From Hyaloraphidium curvatum SAG 235-1 (taxonomy: Eukaryota; Fungi; Monoblepharomycota): 64,000 nucleotides of DNA. The notes beneath the pieces are model-generated. The model saw nothing but the letters and a program-made list of their open reading frames with translations. It did not search any database and was not told where the DNA came from. This document shows, one piece after another, positions 58,061 to 64,000 of this stretch. The first letter of the stretch is position 1. Each line of letters opens with the position of its first letter. The position numbers were made by a program, and so were the translations under genes. Location of the stretch: the NCBI GenBank assembly GCA_025558095.1, contig JAIVFI010000030.1, positions 1 to 64,000 on the forward strand. Reading direction: 5' to 3'.

Positions 58061-60498
58061 ATGCCTCCGCGACGACTTCGCTTACAGCCGCGACGAATGA
58101 CGCGCGTCTGCGCTGTCGGGATCGTCGCCGCGTTGATCGCCACGCGCGCGGTTCCGATCTGGGGCGCGACCATCGTCGACGGCTTCATCCCCGGCTCGGG
58201 CTGCAGGGTCAACGCCACCGCGCCGCAGCTCTGTGCGTCGACGCCCGGCCCCCACCCGCTCCTCACTGATCATGTCCCCCCTTTCCCTCTCCTGCCGAGC
58301 AGTCCAGGCGAACCTGCCGACCACCTGCCAGGGCAACGTCGCCTGCATTCCCAGTAACGCCACAGTCAACTACGACGTGACCCAGACCTGCAACGCCAAC
58401 GCCCCCCCGTCCTTCACCCTCCAGGGCTCGGTCGGTTTCCGCGCCCCATTTCCGCGCCCGGCACACTCTGACGCCCCCCTCCCCCTCCCATCCGCAGGGA
58501 GACTACTTTGTCGTCACCCAGTGGTCCGGCGCCACCTGCACCGGCACCTACCTCACCGCCGCCGCCGTGATCGCCAACCAGTGCGTGCCCCTCGGCTTCA
58601 TCGGGATCCCCGCCTTCGGCCGCCCTGCCTGCGCCCCTGGCGCCGCTTCGGGCACCATGGCCTTCTTCGGTAACGACGCCTGCACCGTGGGTTTGGCCTC
58701 GTGGCCCAGCGCCCGCCCTCCCATGACGCGTTTGTCCTGCCGCCCCAGATCCCCTTCACTGGCCTCGGCACCTTCAGCGTCACCGCCGGCAACTGCGGCA
58801 CCCTCTCGCTCGGCCCCTCCACCTGTAAGTCCCCCACTTCCCCGCCCTTTACCCCGCGCTGACAACTTCCCACCCACAGTCGCCCTGACCGCCAAGTGCG
58901 CCTCGATCGTCAATGGCTCCCCGGTCATTCCTTTTGCTGCTATTGCGGCGGTTACAACTACGACAACAACCACGACAACGCAAACGTTCACCACCGCGAC
59001 ACCAACAGAGGCGACACCGGTTCCTCCAACGCCAGCATCCTCATCTCCACCTGTTGGGGCGATCGTCGGTGGCGTGATCGGAGGAATCGCGGCGGTCGCG
59101 GCCATCGCCGGGCTGTTGTTCTGGCTGCGGCGAAGAGGTAGGCCTGCGGAAAGTGTTCCTGCGGATCCAGCAGAGAAGCAGCAGCCTAGAGGCTCGCCGA
59201 ACCTGGAAACCGCTGCGACAGCTCAGCACTACAAGGGAGCGGGCCCACCACCAGCGCCAAATGGCTTCGTTGCTTCTGCTCCAGTTCCCGCAACCATTGC
59301 CGTTGACAGTGTCCCGCGAGTGGTGGCTTCAGCTCCCGAACCTAGCAAAACCGCACTCCTCGTGGACCTCGCCTTGGTGCCAAACAATGACGCGGAACAA
59401 GCTTTGCCCGTGCAGCACGCTGCGGCCGTTGCTCTTGCTTCTCCTCCGTTGGGTATAGGGGGTGGAGCTGAGGACACGGGATCGACCTTCGCCGCGGCCT
59501 CACTTGCCTCCGGTGCTCCCCTTCCCCCCGGCGGCGGAACCCCGATCGCCCCCCTCCCTGTCCCGCAGCCGAGCTCCAAGCTCCTTGTTTCGGCTACGGA
59601 CATCGTCATCGACAGCTCGCAAAAGCTGGGAGAGGGCAGCTTTGGGGTTGTCTATGTCGGCACTCTGCGCGGGACTAGAGTCGCAGTCAAGACTCTGAAA
59701 GGAGACCTCGACGAGCACACTCTGAAGGCTTTTGCGAAGGAGGTGACCAACTGGGAGGGCCTCGTCCAGCGTAACGGTGAGCGGCTCGCCAACGGCTCGG
59801 AGTCTGTGGAGGTGCTGATCTCCACGCTTTTACGCAGTCCTCCCGCTGATGGCCTACTGCCCTTCTCCCCCGATGATGGTCACCGACCTCGTCCGCGACG
59901 GCAACCTCCGCAAGTACCTGTCGGCCCGCGGCTGGCCCCTAGACCTCGGCCTGCGCTTCCTCGAAGACGTCGCCAACGGCATGGTCTACCTGCACGGCCT
60001 CGGCATCCTGCACGGCGACATCAAGTCCCTCAACGTGCTCATTGACGGCAGCAAAGCCATGATCACCGACTTTGGCCTCTCGCGGGTGCGCCAGGAGGTC
60101 GGCAAGTCGACCGCCGCGGGTACCGTCGGCGGCGGGCTCTCTGGCACGCCGGGGTTCCTGGCGCCGGAGCTGGTGGACGGCGCGGCGCTGCAGAAGCCGG
60201 CGGACGTGTACGCGTTCGCGATGCTGTGCTACGAGGTCGTGAGCAAGGGCAAGTACCCGCTCGAGGAGCTGCTGAACCCGGCATTGGTGGGTGCGAGCGC
60301 CGCCATCGCGAGCTTCGCTGACAATCACCTCCCACCCAGGTCCTGTACAACGTCGCCGTCAAGGGCGTCCGCCCGGAGCGGCCCGAGGGGGTCCCGGACG
60401 CGGTGTGGAGCCTGATGGAGCGGTGCTGGGACCAGGACCCGAAGAAGAGGCCGACGTTCGTGCAGGTGGCCAAGGAGCTGGACGAAATCGTCAGATAG
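58061..60498 (+). CDS. Single-pass receptor-like TKL kinase, copy R (7 exons)
   Basis: Introns 58233-58302, 58431-58497, 58687-58748, 58825-58879, 59777-59837 and 60287-60339 give an open signal-ectodomain-stalk-TM-kinase frame ending LDEIVR*. Confidence 0.92.
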
Positions 60499-60654
60499 GC
60501 CCTACGGTAGATGTCCCCACTACTTTTGCAATTCAATCGTGTTTGCAGATCTGGCGGCGCTGTGATTCGAGGAGCGGGCTGGCCACGGCGCGACTTCCTC
60601 TCCCCCGCGAATCTCCCGCAGATTGTCTCCCGAGCAGACAGCCTCCCAACGACG

Positions 60655-62191
60655 ATGGCCGCCTCGGGCGCCGACGACGTTATCCTTCAGAAGGACGCGG
60701 ACTTCCTGCCCGAAGAGTGGCTGGCCCTATTCCCCGCCCCGTCTCCCCCGGTCCCGACGTTCGGCGACGAGGAGCAGGGCGCGAACCCCGAGGACGCCGC
60801 CCGCGCAGCTGACCCTCTGACGGCGGACGGAATATTGCGCGACCTGGGCGGCGCGGCAAAGGTGGCGGCGTGGCCCGTCCTGCGCGTCCACGCGGCGCTG
60901 CCGGGCTGGTTCACGGCACTCGCGATTTCCCCTTCCAGTGCCGCCACCATCGCCCTCCTCGGGCTCACCGTGCCCTTGGCAGGGGACATGTTTACCGCCA
61001 AGGACGTGGCGCTCGGAATTGCGGGGACGACGCTGTTTCTCACAGGGCTCTCTGTCAGTTACGGCCTCGTCAGCCCGTTCCTCGGCGCCAACATTTTTCG
61101 GAACGGCTTGGTGGAGTTCTCGCACGTGGCAGCTCTTTGCCGATGGCTGCGGCTCGTTGGCCGAGGGAAAACGCCTCAGGGCGTCGAGGCCGCCTCCTCG
61201 CCCCTCGTGCGCCACGTCCCCGGCGACCTCTCTTGCCCGTGTACGTCGTGCTGCAGTTGGGTCGAAAGCACATCTGGAATCCTCGACTTCCTCGATCTTT
61301 TCGGCAACGTTTCCCTTGGTTGGATGGTCTTGTTCTTTTTCGCCTACACACCGGTTGTAACCTTCGGTGCGGCCCTGTGGTCGACTTGGTACGGCGCTCT
61401 CCTTGGGGCCATATGGGCATCCATGTTTCCGGCTTACATCTTCACTGCGTTGTCACGCCTCCTGGGGAACGACAATATGGCTCACACGGCCCTCCAACGG
61501 CGGCTGCACTGCCGAGCTGTCGATATGGCCATGGCTGACCTCCTGAGCCGGTTTCGCAGCGCCGCTGCTGCCGGCGATGCGCCTCCCCGCGCGGATTCGT
61601 GGCTCTACGTCAGGCTGCACTATCGCTTCGCGGCGCTCTGCCGGTTCAGACGCCAGCAGGACGGGATCGTGATCTCGCGGCTGTACGGGCTCGCTCTCGT
61701 GCCGGGTGCGGTCCTGCTTACCGCGCTGTATGCGGTGAGTGTCGCAGCGTCACGGTGCCGCCGGACACGCAACCTGACGGCTCCCCGGGCACCTTCCGCA
61801 GGCCGTCGGCCGCTGTATCTCCGCCTGGCAGCTTGCCGTGTTCGCCCACGCCGCGGTGTACTTTACCGTCAACGCCGTCAACCTCGCCTCCCGCAACTCG
61901 CTCATCGACGCCGTCGCGGCCGTCTACCGCGACGCGCAGAGGGAGCTCCGTGCGCTCGCGCTCCGCACCGGGCCGGGACCCCTTGCGGACGAGATCGCGC
62001 TCCACGACCGCGCGATAGCGTCGTTTCAGGACGTCGCCAGGTACAGGGCGAAGCTGTTCGGGTTCGTGGTGTCGTTCGGGACGGTGAGGACGATGCTGGT
62101 GACGGGGCTGACGGTCGCCGTCGCGCTGTGGAGCGTGCTGCGGGCTTTCGGGGTGACGGCGACCCTTGAGAGCTTCTGTCCCGTATCATAG
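60655..62191 (+). CDS. Seven-TM membrane protein, gustatory-receptor-like (7TMIC-like), copy C
   Basis: Intron 61735-61801; HVPGDLSCPCTSCC loop; C-terminal RAKLFGFVVSFGTVRTMLVTGLTVAVALWSVL. Confidence 0.75.
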
Positions 62192-62404
62192 AGGCCAGCG
62201 GATGCAGGAAGATCGGTTACTCCCGGAAGTGCTCGGGTTCCGAAGGTGGCGACGTCGTTCCAGTTGTGGCGGCCAAGGAAGTAAGGAACTGGATGGGCTC
62301 ATGGGATATTTGGACTAGAAAGCTGGAGTATCTAGTAATTTCCAGGCTTTCTTCCGCCTCTTCCCACTTCTCTCGAAATCGCCGCTGGGCGGCCTCGGCA
62401 CCGC

Positions 62405-62798
62405 TCAACTGTCCTCCGCGCACAGGCCCGAGACGCAGACGTCCGAGCCGCAGCAGTCCCCATCCCGGCTGCAGCCCTCGCCCGTGTCGGCACATGCCGG
62501 GGCGTACCGCTTGTACAGCGCCCGCCGGTCCCTTGCGGGCGCGACGCAGGCAACCATGCCCGCGGGGGCGCCGGGGTGCGCGTACTCGCAGAACTGGTGG
62601 GCGGCGCAATCAGCGCACGAACGGCGGAAGACGGCCGCGGTGGTGGATGGGGGACTGCGCGGAACAGGGGAGTCGTGAGCATCGGGCGGCGAAGGGAAGT
62701 CGGCGAACCCACGCCGCGGCGGCCGAGGCGACTGAGGCAACGATTAGGAGGGCGACGATTAGGAGGGCGACGATTTTGACGGCGGTCGTGAACTTCAT
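62405..62798 (-). CDS. Secreted precursor ending in an inhibitor-cystine-knot-like peptide (2 exons)
   Basis: Intron 62712-62655 gives signal-APPSTTAAVFRR-SCADCAAHQFCEY...CVAPARDRRALYKR-YAPACADTGEGCSRDGDCCGSDVCVSGLCAEDS*. Confidence 0.88.
62740..62775. repeat. 15-bp tandem repeat within the signal peptide (IVALL x2)
   Basis: cgattaggagggcga occurs twice, followed by cgatt. Confidence 0.85.
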
Positions 62799-63760
62799 CG
62801 TTGCTCACTCCTGTGTTCGTCGGTGCTTGGGGGGACGTCCCCTTTGACCCTTTATGGGGGATGATTTGATGGGGGATGAGGATCCCGAGTCGGGGGATGC
62901 GGGCGGCATCCGGCTGTCCTCCCCGCCGTCATCGACCAGCGATGGGTTGGGCGGATCGACCGGAGACCCAGCGATTCGACTTATGAGCTTGCCTCGACGA
63001 CTAGGTGTCATTTTTGTACGACGGAAAACGCTGTCAAGCGATCCAAGGGGACCGAGGTATAGGCATCCCTTGCGGCGTGCGCTCCCTTTGCCACGAACAC
63101 CGATCCAGCCGATAGTTCATCACGGATCTCGTGCTCGGATACTAAAGTCAGGCGGACATTTTTTTGCATCCGTCGACGCTCCTGTTTCGGCGCTACGGCT
63201 GCCTCCGCTGCAGGTCGGCACTACATCGCCCTTCTGTGGTCCTCCACGCACTCGCCCGACTCGCACAGGCCGGATCCGCGGCACTGGGAGCATATCGATT
63301 GAAGGACTGTCTTAAGGAACTAACGGCACATCGAGTCGCGCTGTTGCGGCCGTAAAATGCGAGTTCGAAACGGACCGAAGGACAGTGAAAGGTTGCTGCG
63401 ATGCGCTCCCATAGCACCGCCCCGATTCGGGATCTCGTGCTCGCAGTAGCTCCCTTCGAAGCTCGAACATCTTTCATATCCATCGCGCGCCAGCATCTCC
63501 TCGGCCGAGGGGCAACAGCTGCTGTTTCGACGAACTCCTTCCCAGCGCGACGGCCAGCAGAAAAAGATGGCAAGAAACCCCAGGAAATGCAAAAGAAGAG
63601 ACCAAGCCGCAGTTCATCTCGTTGGAAACTTTTGCCCAGAACGCGATTCGTCCCGTCGTTCCAATCTTCGGTGGCCGGGCGGCTTCACTCCGGCTCGGAC
63701 CCGCTCGACCTCCCGACATTGAGCCCACCAGCACCCCCTCGGCAGCCCCGTCTCCCCACG

Positions 63761-64000
63761 ATGCTCCGCGCCACCTCTCTCTTCCGCGCCGTGCGCCAGG
63801 CCGCGCCCCGCCGCACCATGTCGGGCGCTCCGGTGCGCTTCCGCCCGCGACGCGTCGGAACCAGGAACTGACGCGAATTGCTCCCCCTGGACACCTCGGC
63901 CCCGATGTTGCCCCTCATGATACCGATGTGCTTCCGCCGATGTGGTTGCGACGCGTCGCGCGGGACCATAGCTCTACACGGCCGAGGCCACCGCCGTCGG
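63761..64000 (+). CDS. Probable Ohr/OsmC-family peroxidase with mitochondrial presequence (5' part only)
   Basis: MLRATSLFRAVRQAAPRRTMSGAP, intron 63833-63971, then LYTAEATAVG, resembling the Ohr N-terminus LYTAxATAxGG. Confidence 0.6.

Larger units (their letters stand above)
46593..62191. repeat. Inverted segmental duplication: left arm about 46593-53384, right arm about 58061-62191
   Basis: Kinase exons and introns, the post-kinase spacer (about 50907-50952 versus 60535-60578) and the 7TM genes match in reverse complement. Confidence 0.88.

Noticed and set aside
1-64000. Bacterial origin of the contig; tRNA or rRNA genes
   Set aside because: Consistent spliceosomal introns and fungal-specific domains show it is eukaryotic. 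No RNA gene was recognisable by eye, though a covariance search was not run.

Overview
Eukaryotic, very GC-rich, gene-dense DNA with many short (about 55-140 nt) GT-AG introns carrying CTGAC/CTAAC/CTCAC-type branch points. Zn(II)2Cys6 factors, an FTR1 iron permease and a CAP59-like transferase point to a fungus. TKL kinases, 7TM channel-like genes and the intron style suggest an early-diverging lineage; a Monoblepharidomycete such as Hyaloraphidium is my inference only. About 35 genes or gene relics can be read by manual splicing, several of them missed by the ORF track. The first 45 kb holds transcription factors, DMT transporters, FTR1, bacterial-type catabolic enzymes, an ER FKBP, a 5'-truncated RLE-type (CRE-like) non-LTR retrotransposon with a 15-bp target-site duplication, and a large secreted Thr-rich/propeller-like protein. 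The most striking region is 44.9-62.8 kb, an inverted duplication. It carries two single-pass non-RD receptor-like kinases with near-identical kinase domains but divergent ectodomains, and a GPI-type ectodomain-only paralogue nearly identical to one receptor's ectodomain. It also holds three gustatory-receptor-like 7TM genes (one broken), a central F-box/LRR gene and glycosyltransferase, and an adjacent Kex2-type knottin precursor whose paralogue lies at 7.6 kb. All family assignments come from motif recognition by eye; no searches were run.
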